A stretch of 63,313 nt of DNA, filler included. It is 5 parts of 5 records of this genome, joined end to end, with 100 filler letters (N's around TTAATTAATTAA, not from the genome) between each part and the next. Parts side by side here need not be neighbours in the genome. Positions count along the whole stretch, not along the records: positions 21,763 to 24,908 come from SRR20825010_3608; positions 25,009 to 31,239 come from SRR20825010_3612; positions 31,340 to 63,313 come from SRR20825010_3622; 2 more parts are not named here. The stretch is one strand, 5' to 3'. Of the stretch, positions 22,442-31,465 are shown piece by piece. A program made the translations under genes and the position numbers. Each line of letters starts with the position of its first letter. Positions within the stretch are counted from its first letter, which is position 1. Below the pieces are notes generated by a model that saw only the letters and a list, made by a program, of their open reading frames with translations, did not search any database and had not been told where the DNA came from.

Positions 22442-22508
22442 GTAGCTGCATATGGCTTCCCTCGACGTCGCGCGTTTTCAGCCCCCACCCAGTGCGCGGC
22501 GTCGAGGC
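22442..22508 (+). ncRNA. Candidate structured sRNA/repeat unit, copy 2
   Basis: 14-bp stem (22460-22473/22494-22507, one U-G pair) with the same 20-nt loop; starts 191 nt after copy 1. Confidence 0.6.
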
Positions 22509-22585
22509 CTTTGCCCCTCCCCTCAGATTGACCTTACCTGAAGCGCTTCTATGCTCGACCGGAAATTGAGGGAGCACGACAGCGC

Positions 22586-24163
22586 ATGCGCGATTTTCAC
22601 AAACCCGGCCGATCGGCGGTCTTTGCCCTGAACGGACTGTGCGCCACGTCCCATCCGTTGGCCGCGCAGGCGGCGGTCGAAATCCTGCAACGGGGCGGCA
22701 ACGCCATGGATGCGGCGCTGGCCGGGGCCACGATTTTGGGGCTGGCGGAACCAGCGATGACCGGGCTGGGCGGGGATTGTTTTGCGCTGGTCTCTCCGGC
22801 GGGGGGCGACGAGGTGATCGCCGTGAACGGATCAGGACGTGCACCGATGGCCGCCAGCGCCGAGGCGTTGCGGGCGGCGGGGCATGACACCGTGCCCCCC
22901 ACCAGCGCCTTTGCCGTAACGATCCCCGGCGCGGTCGATGCGTTCTGCACCATGTCGGACACATGGGGACGGCTGGGCCTGTCCGATTGTCTCGCCCCGG
23001 CGATCCGCTACATGGACGAGGGCGTGCCGGTGGCGCCGCGCGTGGCGTTTGACTGGATGGAAAGCTCTGCCCAGCTTCAGGGAGATGCCCGCAGGCATTT
23101 TCTGAACGACGGGGCTGTACCGCGCGTCGGCGACATTTTTCGGCTGCCGGGCAATGCCGAGGTACTGCGCCGGATCGCGACACAGGGCCGCGACGGGTTC
23201 TACTCTGGCGAGGTGGCCGAGGACATGTGTGCCGCGCTCAACGCTGGCGGCGGGGCACATACGCTGGACGATTTCGCAGCGACGGCCTGCACCATCGGTG
23301 CGCCGCTGTCGGGGGGGTACAAGGGACGCGAACTGTTGGAGACGCCGCCCAATGGGCAAGGCGTGACGGCGCATCTGATGCTGAACATCCTGTCGCATTT
23401 CGATTTGGCGGCGATGGCGCCCTTTGGGGCGGATCGGGTGCATATCGAGGCGGAGGCGGCCAAGCTGGCCTATGACGCGCGCAATCGGTTCCTTGCCGAT
23501 GCGGATCATATGACCCGGCTGGATCACCTGCAAAGCCCTGAGACGGCGGCGCGGCTGGCGGCGTTGATTGATCCCAAACGGGCGATGGCAGCGGCTGCGC
23601 CACTGACCGAAGAGGTTCACCGTGAGACGATCTATATCACCGTCGTGGATCGCGACCGGATGGTGGTGTCGTTGATCTATTCGGTGTTCAACAGCTTTGG
23701 CTCGGGGATTGCGTCGGACAAGTTTGGCATCCTGTTTCAGAACCGTGGCGCGGGCTTTACCCTGCAAGAGGGGCATCCGAACGAGATGGGTGGCGGCAAG
23801 CGGCCGATGCATACGATCATCCCGGCGATCTTGATGGAAAAGGGGCGCGTGGCCATGCCCTTTGGAGTCATGGGCGGGCAGTACCAACCCAATGGGCACG
23901 CGCGGGTGCTGACCAATATGATCGATTTCGGGATGGACCCGCAGGCGGCATTGGATGCGCCGCGGAGTTTTGCCGAGAAGGGCAAGCTGATGCTGGAGCG
24001 GGGCTTTGATGAGGCGGTCGTGGCCGAACTGGCCGAGAGGGGCCATGAGATCGAGGTGCCCGGCGCGCCGATCGGGGGCGCTCAGGCGATCAAAATCCAT
24101 GAGAACGGCGTGCTTGAAGGGGCCTCGGACCCGCGCAAGGATGGCTGTGCCATCGGGTATTGA
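22586..24163 (+). CDS. ggt: Gamma-glutamyltransferase family protein
   Basis: ATSHPLA, GGNAMDAA, ET nucleophile (HRETIYITVVD), FQNRG, KRPMHTIIP, GVMGG and ASDPRKDG. Confidence 0.93.
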   Translation: MRDFHKPGRSAVFALNGLCATSHPLAAQAAVEILQRGGNAMDAALAGATILGLAEPAMTGLGGDCFALVSPAGGDEVIAVNGSGRAPMAASAEALRAAGHDTVPPTSAFAVTIPGAVDAFCTMSDTWGRLGLSDCLAPAIRYMDEGVPVAPRVAFDWMESSAQLQGDARRHFLNDGAVPRVGDIFRLPGNAEVLRRIATQGRDGFYSGEVAEDMCAALNAGGGAHTLDDFAATACTIGAPLSGGYKGRELLETPPNGQGVTAHLMLNILSHFDLAAMAPFGADRVHIEAEAAKLAYDARNRFLADADHMTRLDHLQSPETAARLAALIDPKRAMAAAAPLTEEVHRETIYITVVDRDRMVVSLIYSVFNSFGSGIASDKFGILFQNRGAGFTLQEGHPNEMGGGKRPMHTIIPAILMEKGRVAMPFGVMGGQYQPNGHARVLTNMIDFGMDPQAALDAPRSFAEKGKLMLERGFDEAVVAELAERGHEIEVPGAPIGGAQAIKIHENGVLEGASDPRKDGCAIGY

Positions 24164-24263
24164 GGGGCGGGCATTGAGGCGGTTGTCCACGCGTGGACAG
24201 CCTGCAGCCTGTGTAAGATCAATGGCTTACAGAGGCGTTTTTACGTTTCGTTAGGGTTCGGAG

Positions 24264-24284
24264 GCCCCGGACCGCGTCCGGGGC
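24264..24284. terminator. GC-rich hairpin between convergent ggt and gshA (terminator or REP-like)
   Basis: GCCCCGGAC-CGC-GTCCGGGGC perfect 9-bp stem; no clear U-tract. Confidence 0.45.
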
Positions 24285-24305
24285 GGGTCTGTGTGCGCTG
24301 TCAGG

Positions 24306-24908
24306 TCAGTAGGAATACTGGCCGTAGATCTTGCTGAGGTCGCCGTTCCAGTCGCCGTTGTAATGGTCAAGCAACTCATCAGAGGGCACCTTGCCGGTCT
24401 CCACGCTTTCCTTGAGCGCGTTCAGGAAGTGGGTCTCATCCGGCACTAGGCCCCCTGCCCCCGGACGGGCGCGGGCGACAAGGCCGGCCTCACAGATGTC
24501 CAGCAGTTCGCGCGCCAGATCATGCATCTTTATCGACCCCACCTGCGCCTGAAGCCCGTCGCGGGTGGCCGCAAGGCGCAACGCCTCGCGGGTGTCCGCG
24601 TCCCAGCCCTTGGCCAGATCCCACGCGGCATCCAGCGCGGTCTGGTCGTACATCAGGCCCACCCAGAACGCGGGCAGCGCGCAAAGCCGCCGCCACGGGC
24701 CGCCATCCGCGCCGCGCATTTCGATGTATTTTTTCATCCGGGCGTCGGGAAAGGCGGTGGTCAGGTGATCGGCCCAGTCGGACAGCGTTGGCGTTTCGCC
24801 GGGCAGCGCGGGCAGTTTTCCTGCCATGAAATCGCGGAAGGACATGCCCAGCGCATCGACGTAAACGCCGTCGCGGTAGACAAAATACATCGGCACATCG
24901 AGCGCGTA
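24306..24908 (-). CDS. gshA: Glutamate--cysteine ligase, alphaproteobacterial type (5' truncated)
   Basis: PMYFVYR, WADHLTTAFPDARMKKYIEMRGADGGPW and LPAFWVGL. Confidence 0.93.
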   Translation of the reverse strand, partial: YALDVPMYFVYRDGVYVDALGMSFRDFMAGKLPALPGETPTLSDWADHLTTAFPDARMKKYIEMRGADGGPWRRLCALPAFWVGLMYDQTALDAAWDLAKGWDADTREALRLAATRDGLQAQVGSIKMHDLARELLDICEAGLVARARPGAGGLVPDETHFLNALKESVETGKVPSDELLDHYNGDWNGDLSKIYGQYSY

Positions 24909-25008
24909 NNNNNNNNNNNNNNNNNNNNNNNNNNNNNNNNNNNNNNNNNNNNTTAATTAATTAANNNNNNNNNNNNNNNNNNNNNNNNNNNNNNNNNNNN
25001 NNNNNNNN
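24909..25008. other. Artificial contig linker
   Basis: N-TTAATTAATTAA-N. Confidence 0.98.
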
Positions 25009-26145
25009 GCCGTAATGCAGGAAGCCGCCGGGCGCGAAGCGGTTGCGCAGCCTGCGGATCAGCTTGTCGGCGGCTTCGCGTTTTTGCGGGCCGACGGCGG
25101 CGGTGTTCCACTCCTCGCTCTCGAAATCGTCGATCGAGACGAAGGTCGGCTCGCCCCCCATGGTCAGCCGGACATCGCCGGCCTTGAGCTTGGTATCGAT
25201 ATCGTGGCCGAGCGCGTCAAGTGCGGCCCAGGATTCCTCGTTGAACGGCTTGGTGATGCGCGGATGCTCCGCCATGCGGTCGACGTGCATGTCGAAGGCA
25301 AAATCGACCTCGGCATAGCTGGCCAGACCCGAAATCGGCGCGGCATTGCGGTAATGCGGCGTGGCGGCCAGCGGAATGTGGCTCTCGCCGGTCAGCAGGC
25401 CCGAGGTCGGATCAAGGCCGATCCAGCCGGCGCCGGGCAGGTAAACCTCGGCCCAGGCATGCAGATCGGTGAAATCGTGATCGGTGCCCGGAGGTCCGTC
25501 AAGCGCCACCAGATCCGGCTTGAGCTGGATCAGGTAGCCCGAGACGAACCGGGCGGCGAGGCCAAGATGCCTGAGCGCCTGAACCAGAAGCCAGCTGGTG
25601 TCGCGGCACGATCCCTTCCCGTTCTGGAAGGTTTCCTCGGGCGTCTGCACGCCCGGCTCCATGCGGATGACGTAGCCGATCTCGTTGGCCAGACGTGCAT
25701 TGAGGCCGACGACAAAATCCACCGTCCCGGTTTCATCACGCAGGATGGTATCGAGAAACGCCTGCAGCCGCGGACCGGCGGGCTCGGGCGTCTGGTAGAT
25801 GACGAGATCGGGGGCGATGTCTTCGGGGTAAGCGAATGGCCATTTCTCCGCCGATTCCTCGACAAAGAAATCGAAGGGATTGTAGACGGTCATGTCGGCG
25901 ACCAGATCCACCTCGATCTTCAGTTCCATCACCGGATCGGGAAACACATAGCGTGCCAGCCAGTTGCCGTAGGGGTCCTGCTGGTAATTGACGAAGTGCT
26001 GTTTCGGGCTGACCTTGAGCGAGTGCGATACAACCCGTGTGCGGCTGTGCGGCGCCGGCCTGAGCCGGATGACCTGTGGCCCAAGGGTGACCGGGCGGTC
26101 GTATTTGTAATGGGTCAGGTGATGGACACGTGCCAGAATCGCCAT
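25009..26145 (-). CDS. Transglutaminase-family protein (Bact_transglu_N + core + DUF2126 start; 3' truncated)
   Basis: IRLRPAPH; Cys-His-Asp triad in GSCRD, DLHAW and [16 protein letters not shown]. Confidence 0.9.
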
Positions 26146-26307
26146 GAGAGATATCCGTTGATCGGGCGGCCTTGCGGCGCCCGGCAGCATGCATGGCCCA
26201 TGCGGTCATGTCCACAGCCGATGATGCGGTGCACACACAATCGGCGCCCGATTGTTCGTCGGCCGCAGCTATCCGGCAGGTGGCATTGCGACTGGCCGGA
26301 GAACACG

Positions 26308-26341
26308 AAAAGGGACGCCCCGGCGTGAGCCGACGCGTCCC
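26308..26341 (-). terminator. Probable rho-independent terminator of cheW
   Basis: GGGACGC..CGGC-GTGA-GCCG..GCGTCCC stem, followed by TTTT on the minus strand. Confidence 0.55.
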
Positions 26342-26392
26342 GTCATTCAAGAACAGAACACCCAAGGGCCGAATCGACTGGCCCGATCGGGA

Positions 26393-26860
26393 TCAGGCGG
26401 CGAGTTCGCCTTCTTCATCCAGCAGGGAATCAAGATCAAGATGAGAGATCATCTGCTTGTCCTTGGCGATGATCGACGTGGTCATCCGCTGCACTTCGGT
26501 GGCGCCCACTTCAGGCACCGACTGGATTTCGTCTTCGGTGACGGTGACCATGTCGGAAACATTGTCGACCAGCAGGCCGACGAGCTGACCGCGGATGCTG
26601 GCGACGATGATCGCGGACCGCTCGGTCGGATCAATGGCTTCGAGGCCAAGCCGCAGCGCCATGTCGATCACCGGGATAACCGTTCCGCGCAGGTTGATGA
26701 CACCCAGAACATGCTTCGGTGCATGAGCCAGCGGTGTTGCGGGCGCCCAGCCGCGGATTTCCCTGACCGACATGATGTTCACGCTGAACACCTGCTCGCC
26801 GAGGAAAAACGAAATAATTTCAAGACCTGAAGTCTTATTGCCGGTTTGAGTCTCGTTCAT
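26393..26860 (-). CDS. cheW: Chemotaxis coupling protein CheW (orphan)
   Basis: VREIRGW, VLGVINLRGTVIPVID and GLLVDNVSD. Confidence 0.93.
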   Translation of the reverse strand: MNETQTGNKTSGLEIISFFLGEQVFSVNIMSVREIRGWAPATPLAHAPKHVLGVINLRGTVIPVIDMALRLGLEAIDPTERSAIIVASIRGQLVGLLVDNVSDMVTVTEDEIQSVPEVGATEVQRMTTSIIAKDKQMISHLDLDSLLDEEGELAA

Positions 26861-27163
26861 CCTGTCCTCGCGTCAAGTTGGCCTTCCCGCGACCGGACGT
26901 AGCAACGTCTTCAGTCTTCGAGACCGGCCGAACCGGTTAAATAGTTTGGAAAGCGGCACCTTCGACGGGAAGGCATGTGCCGTTCGCGGACCCAGGCCGC
27001 GGAGGGAAACGCATCATGCCTGGGGCAAAGCCCCTTCCCATATTCGACTTTAAACATGCTTTCGTTAAGAATATGGAAACAGGTCACCACAGTAAACCAC
27101 CTGGTACTGTTCTTTGCTTTCATATTGCCGAGTTCATGAAAACATCATGAAAGGACTTGCGCT

Positions 27164-27763
27164 TCAACCCGGCTGACTACAGGTGCGAAACTCGGCGAGA
27201 AACACTTCCCGCTGCGACCTGGGCAGGGACGCAAGGAAGTCGGCGCGCCGGGTCGTTTCGACATAGGCTGCATCGGGTCTGGTCTTGACGAATGTGCGGA
27301 AGGGTAGCCTGGTGAGCAGCGGAGCCGTGGTGCAGCCGCCGCGGAGGCTGACCGAGAAGCTGCCCTGCCCCGCAAGCCCCTCTGACCTGTAGCGGAGGAT
27401 CCGCGCCTGCACATCCTTCATGCGAATGGCGTCGAGACGGGACAGCCGACCGACATAGATCCGCTCGCCCTCCACCGGCAATGGCGTTCCGGCGACCTCG
27501 GTGGAGTCCGACAGTTCCAGAAGGAACATTTCATTGACCCTCGGGGCCGGCTCGCCCCGGACCAGGTAGGACATCGCAATCATCGCGTCGCCATCGACAA
27601 GGCGAATGCTATCCGGCACGCCGAGGCCAGCGCCAAGCTCCGCGGGATTCATTTGCAGGGGATCAAAACCGGCCATTTCGACCAGGCCGCGAGGGGTGAC
27701 GGACAGGCAGCCGGAAAGCAGCACACCAAGCGGGACGAAAAGACGGGAACGGATTCGCAGCAT
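27164..27763 (-). CDS. Hypothetical lipoprotein
   Basis: Lipobox LLSGC and an AAGGA RBS; divergent from the DUF2975 gene. Confidence 0.7.
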   Translation of the reverse strand: MLRIRSRLFVPLGVLLSGCLSVTPRGLVEMAGFDPLQMNPAELGAGLGVPDSIRLVDGDAMIAMSYLVRGEPAPRVNEMFLLELSDSTEVAGTPLPVEGERIYVGRLSRLDAIRMKDVQARILRYRSEGLAGQGSFSVSLRGGCTTAPLLTRLPFRTFVKTRPDAAYVETTRRADFLASLPRSQREVFLAEFRTCSQPG

Positions 27764-27780
27764 TTCGTTTTTCCTTGATT

Positions 27781-27801
27781 AATTATTGTTATGCGATAAT
27801 T
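27781..27801. promoter_or_regulatory. Probable operator in the divergent promoter
   Basis: AATTATTG-TTATG-CGATAATT near-perfect inverted repeat in the only AT-rich gap, next to an XRE regulator operon. Confidence 0.5.
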
Positions 27802-27836
27802 TATGGCCCTCATAGTTTATTTTTTGGGAGACTGCA

Positions 27837-28382
27837 ATGGAGTATTCGATGTCAACCAAGGTGATCCGAACAAGCCAGCGACTGGCGGTGCTGCTGCACG
27901 CGGTGGTGGCTCTGGCAATCGTGCTGGGCATTGCAATGCTGGCGGGTTCGCTGCTGGCGCCCGAGCTTTGGAAGGGCTGGATTCGCAGTATGTATCCGCA
28001 GATTGCCGATGTGTCGGACTGGCAGGTGTTCCTGCTCGCCCTGCTTGCGACGACGCAACTGGGCTTGACCACAATGGCCTTGTGGTGGCTGGCACGGATG
28101 TTCGCCAGCGTTTCCGGTGAAGAGCCCCTGAGCATCGAGGCCGCAACGCATATGCGGCGCGCCAGCCGCTGGCTGCTTGCCGCTACCATCTACGCGATGG
28201 CGGCGCAGATCCCCGCGAGCCTTATTGCCAGCCTGAACCAGCCGGAAGGGGCCCGCTTCATCGCACTTGCGTTGAGCACGAGCCACGCCAGCGGGGTGCT
28301 GGCTTCCCTGGTGCTTTATGCGGTGGCGAGCATCCAGGAACTCGCCGCACAGGTGCGCGACGACAACCGGCAGATCGTGTGA
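27837..28382 (+). CDS. DUF2975-like membrane protein
   Basis: Four TM segments and C-terminal AAQVRDDNRQIV; GTGA overlap with the HTH gene. Confidence 0.8.
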   Translation: MEYSMSTKVIRTSQRLAVLLHAVVALAIVLGIAMLAGSLLAPELWKGWIRSMYPQIADVSDWQVFLLALLATTQLGLTTMALWWLARMFASVSGEEPLSIEAATHMRRASRWLLAATIYAMAAQIPASLIASLNQPEGARFIALALSTSHASGVLASLVLYAVASIQELAAQVRDDNRQIV

Positions 28383-28384
28383 CC

Positions 28385-28594
28385 ATGGCCATCATCGTCC
28401 GCCTCGACGTCATGCTCGCACTCAGGAAGATGCGGTCCAAGGAACTGGCCGCCCGGATCGGCATCACCGAGCAGAACCTGTCCCTGCTGAAATCCGGCAA
28501 GGTCAAGGGCATCCGGTTCGAGACGCTGGAACGGATCTGCGCGGAGCTCGATTGCCAGCCCGGCGACCTGTTGTCGTTCGAGCCCGACCCCTAG
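28385..28594 (+). CDS. Cro/C1 (XRE, YozG-like) HTH transcriptional regulator
   Basis: MAIIVRLDVMLA...ELAARIGITEQNLSLLKSGKVKGIRFETL...CQPGDLL. Confidence 0.92.
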   Translation: MAIIVRLDVMLALRKMRSKELAARIGITEQNLSLLKSGKVKGIRFETLERICAELDCQPGDLLSFEPDP

Positions 28595-28603
28595 CCTTTA
28601 GGC

Positions 28604-30745
28604 CTAGCCCTTGGGCTTGCGCTTCAACCCGCCCTTGCCAGCATCGGATGCGGTGCCGGACCTGGCGGCATCGGCGGGCGGGCCCTTGCGGTGCGGCTTG
28701 GCCGGTTTGGCGGCCGCCTTGAAATCGGGCTTGTCGCGTTTGGGCTTCTTGTCCTTGGCGAAGGCAGGCCTGGCCTCGCCTACATCCGACCTTGCAGCCT
28801 TGCCGGGTTTCGCAGCCTTTGCCCTGGGCTTGTCGAAGTCAGGCTTTGGCGCCGGCGGCACGTCGTCATAGGGCCAGACGCCGGGCGTCGCATTTGCCGG
28901 AATGTCATCGCGAGCCGCCGGCTTGCGGTCGGCATAGGCATTGTCGCGGGGCGGACGGTCGTCGCGCTTCTTGCCACCGGTGAACGGACGCTTCTTGGCG
29001 TAATCGGGCTTCGGCTTCTCCCGGCGGCCCTCATCGGATGGCCAGTCTGTCCTGGCCTCGCGGGCCGGCGCCGATGCAAACTCATCGCGCGCTCTGGTTG
29101 GCCGCGGCGAGCGGGCAGGCATCTCGGGAACGCCGTCGAGGCGGGTGACCGTGACGTTCTTCTCGATCCGGCCCGTCGGACCGATTGCGGCCTGGAACCT
29201 GTTGGCGGCGGCGCCCGAGATTTCGACATGGGTTTCAAGATCGTGGATCTTGATCGAACCGATGTCTGTCTTGGTGATGTCGCCTGCGCGGCAGATCATC
29301 GGCAGAAGCCAGCGCGGCTCGGCCGACTGCTTGCGCCCGAGCGAGAGTGAGAACCAGACCGCGTCCTTGATCGGCGTGTGTTCCCCGCGTGGCGCGCGCT
29401 CGGCATAGGTTCCGCCGGGGGCCGCGACAGGCCCGGCGTCATTGAGTTCCTCGGGCGCCGAGCGACCGGCACGATGCATGCGTACCAGCGCGGCGGCGAC
29501 CTTGTCGGGGCCATGCCGTTCCAGCAAAGCGGCGACCATCGCCCTTTCATCGTCACCAATATCGGCTTCAAAGGAAGGGTCCCCCATCAGGCGCTCGTCG
29601 TCGCGGGCGAGAATTTCATCAGCCGATGGCGGGCGGGCCCAGGTGGCGGTAATACGCGCGTCGGCCAGCAGGCGTTCGGTGCGGCGTCGGGCGTTGTAGG
29701 GAACGATGAGAGCCGAAACGCCTTTCCGCCCGGCGCGCCCGGTGCGACCGGAGCGATGCAGCAAGCCTTCCTGGTTCTTCGGCAGATCGGCGTGAATGAC
29801 CAGTTCGAGGTCGGGCAGATCAAGCCCGCGGGCCGCGACATCGGTTGCGACGCAGACCTTGGCCCTGCCATCGCGCAGGGCCTGAAGAGCATGGGTGCGC
29901 TCGTTCTGGCTCAATTCGCCCGACAGCGCCACAACCGAAAAACCGCGGTTGGAAAAACGCGCGGTCAGATGATTGACGGTGGCGCGGGTCCCGCAGAACA
30001 CGATGGCATTCTTGGCGTCATAGTAGCGCAGGACATTGATGACGGCGTTCTCGCGGTCATTAGGAGCCACGGAGAGCGCCCGGTATTCAATATCGAGGTG
30101 TTGCTTCTGCTCGCCGGCGGTGGACACGCGAACCGCCTTGTTCTGGTAACGCTTCGCCAGGTTGGCGATGCCTGTCGGCACGGTTGCCGAGAACATCAAT
30201 GTGCGGCGCTGGTCGGGTGCGGCGTCGAGGATAAATTGGAGATCGTCGCGGAAACCGAGATCGAGCATTTCATCGGCTTCGTCGAGCACGACGGCGCGCA
30301 TCGCCGAGAGATCAAGCGAGCCGCGATCAATGTGGTCGCGCAAACGGCCTGGCGTTCCGACAACGATATGGCAGCCGCGCTTCAGGTTCTGACGCTCGGT
30401 ACTCATGTTCATGCCGCCGACACAGGTGGCGATGCGTGCACCGGCCTCGCCATAGAGCCAGGACAGTTCGCGCTCGACCTGCAGCGCCAGTTCGCGCGTC
30501 GGCGCGATGCAAAGGGCCATGGGCGCATCGGCGCGCGGCAGTGTTTCTTCATCGCCCATCAGCGTCGGCGCAAGCGATATGCCGAAGGCCACGGTCTTGC
30601 CCGAACCGGTCTGGGCCGAGACAAGGAGGTCGGCATCGCGCAACTCGGGCGCAAGCACTGCCTCCTGGACCGGAGTGAGCTTTTCATAGCCGCGTTTTGC
30701 CAGAGCCCGGGCTATCGCCGGCTGGATGGTCGCAAGGTCTGTCAT
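28604..30745 (-). CDS. DEAD-box RNA helicase with DbpA RNA-binding domain and basic tail (DeaD/CsdA-like)
   Basis: AQTGSGKT, PTRELA, TPGR, DEAD, SAT, ARGLD and HRSGRTGRAG; start placed at ATG 30745. Confidence 0.94.
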   Translation of the reverse strand: MTDLATIQPAIARALAKRGYEKLTPVQEAVLAPELRDADLLVSAQTGSGKTVAFGISLAPTLMGDEETLPRADAPMALCIAPTRELALQVERELSWLYGEAGARIATCVGGMNMSTERQNLKRGCHIVVGTPGRLRDHIDRGSLDLSAMRAVVLDEADEMLDLGFRDDLQFILDAAPDQRRTLMFSATVPTGIANLAKRYQNKAVRVSTAGEQKQHLDIEYRALSVAPNDRENAVINVLRYYDAKNAIVFCGTRATVNHLTARFSNRGFSVVALSGELSQNERTHALQALRDGRAKVCVATDVAARGLDLPDLELVIHADLPKNQEGLLHRSGRTGRAGRKGVSALIVPYNARRRTERLLADARITATWARPPSADEILARDDERLMGDPSFEADIGDDERAMVAALLERHGPDKVAAALVRMHRAGRSAPEELNDAGPVAAPGGTYAERAPRGEHTPIKDAVWFSLSLGRKQSAEPRWLLPMICRAGDITKTDIGSIKIHDLETHVEISGAAANRFQAAIGPTGRIEKNVTVTRLDGVPEMPARSPRPTRARDEFASAPAREARTDWPSDEGRREKPKPDYAKKRPFTGGKKRDDRPPRDNAYADRKPAARDDIPANATPGVWPYDDVPPAPKPDFDKPRAKAAKPGKAARSDVGEARPAFAKDKKPKRDKPDFKAAAKPAKPHRKGPPADAARSGTASDAGKGGLKRKPKG

Positions 30746-30912
30746 GTCGGATCTTTCGGACTTCGTGTTTGGGCCCACTCAAGCGGGCGCCGTGCGCGGG
30801 TGTTCATCCGGCCACGGCTTTGTGGTTCTCATAAAGCACATTGAAGCAAGAAGAAACGGGGCCAAGCAAGAAAGTTGCTTTAGCGTAAATTCCTTTAAGG
30901 ATGGCTTTCCGT

Positions 30913-31239
30913 CTACCCGGCTTTACCGGCGACCGACTGCGGTCTGAGGAAAAACACCGCCAGGGCCGTCAGGCCAAATGCAAACACCGGGTAGAAAAGA
31001 GCCTGGTGGAGCGAGTCGATATAAGTCGAGTAACTGCCCCCCGGCCCGCTTGCCGGCGCCAGGTGGCCGAAAAACAATTGGCCCGTGATCGCAACGCCCA
31101 GAGCGCCGCCGACCTGCTGGAAGGATTGCACGCCGCCCGAGGCAGATCCGGCATCACGGTCCGGGACATTGGCAAGCGCCAGTTGAAACAACGGCGATAC
31201 CGCCGTGCCGAGGCCAAGCCCGGCGATGAGGAACGGCGG
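30913..31239 (-). CDS. MFS transporter C-terminus (DHA2-like; 5' truncated)
   Basis: LANVPDRDAGSASGGVQSFQQVGGALGVA. Confidence 0.82.
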   Translation of the reverse strand, partial: PPFLIAGLGLGTAVSPLFQLALANVPDRDAGSASGGVQSFQQVGGALGVAITGQLFFGHLAPASGPGGSYSTYIDSLHQALFYPVFAFGLTALAVFFLRPQSVAGKAG

Positions 31240-31339
31240 NNNNNNNNNNNNNNNNNNNNNNNNNNNNNNNNNNNNNNNNNNNNTTAATTAATTAANNNNN
31301 NNNNNNNNNNNNNNNNNNNNNNNNNNNNNNNNNNNNNNN
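31240..31339. other. Artificial contig linker
   Basis: N-TTAATTAATTAA-N. Confidence 0.98.
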
Positions 31340-31465
31340 GGCATGATCGTGCTGCCGATCATGTGCTACAACCAGATTCAGGTCATTGTGGGAGCCATGC
31401 TGGCTCAGGCGTATCGCCGCAGGATTGAGGCCGCGTCAGCCGCCGCCCCCCATACCACTGAATAA
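31340..31465 (+). CDS. C-terminus of a bile acid:sodium symporter-like (YfeH/SBF-like) protein
   Basis: My translation GMIVLPIMCYNQIQVIVGAMLAQAYRRR resembles the YfeH-type C-terminal LPLM..HQIQL motif. Confidence 0.6.
   Translation, partial: GMIVLPIMCYNQIQVIVGAMLAQAYRRRIEAASAAAPHTTE

Noticed and set aside
22251-22508. CRISPR array interpretation of the tandem repeats
   Set aside because: Only two 67-nt units with a 124-nt gap, covarying stems and no cas genes.
27050-27068. Full CtrA box upstream of cheW
   Set aside because: The TTAA half-sites are 11 bp apart rather than 7.
11763-30844. Long antisense ORFs 11763-12890, 13049-14020, 16140-17099, 22832-24190, 25015-26328 and 29378-30844
   Set aside because: Each lies opposite a gene with clear family motifs.
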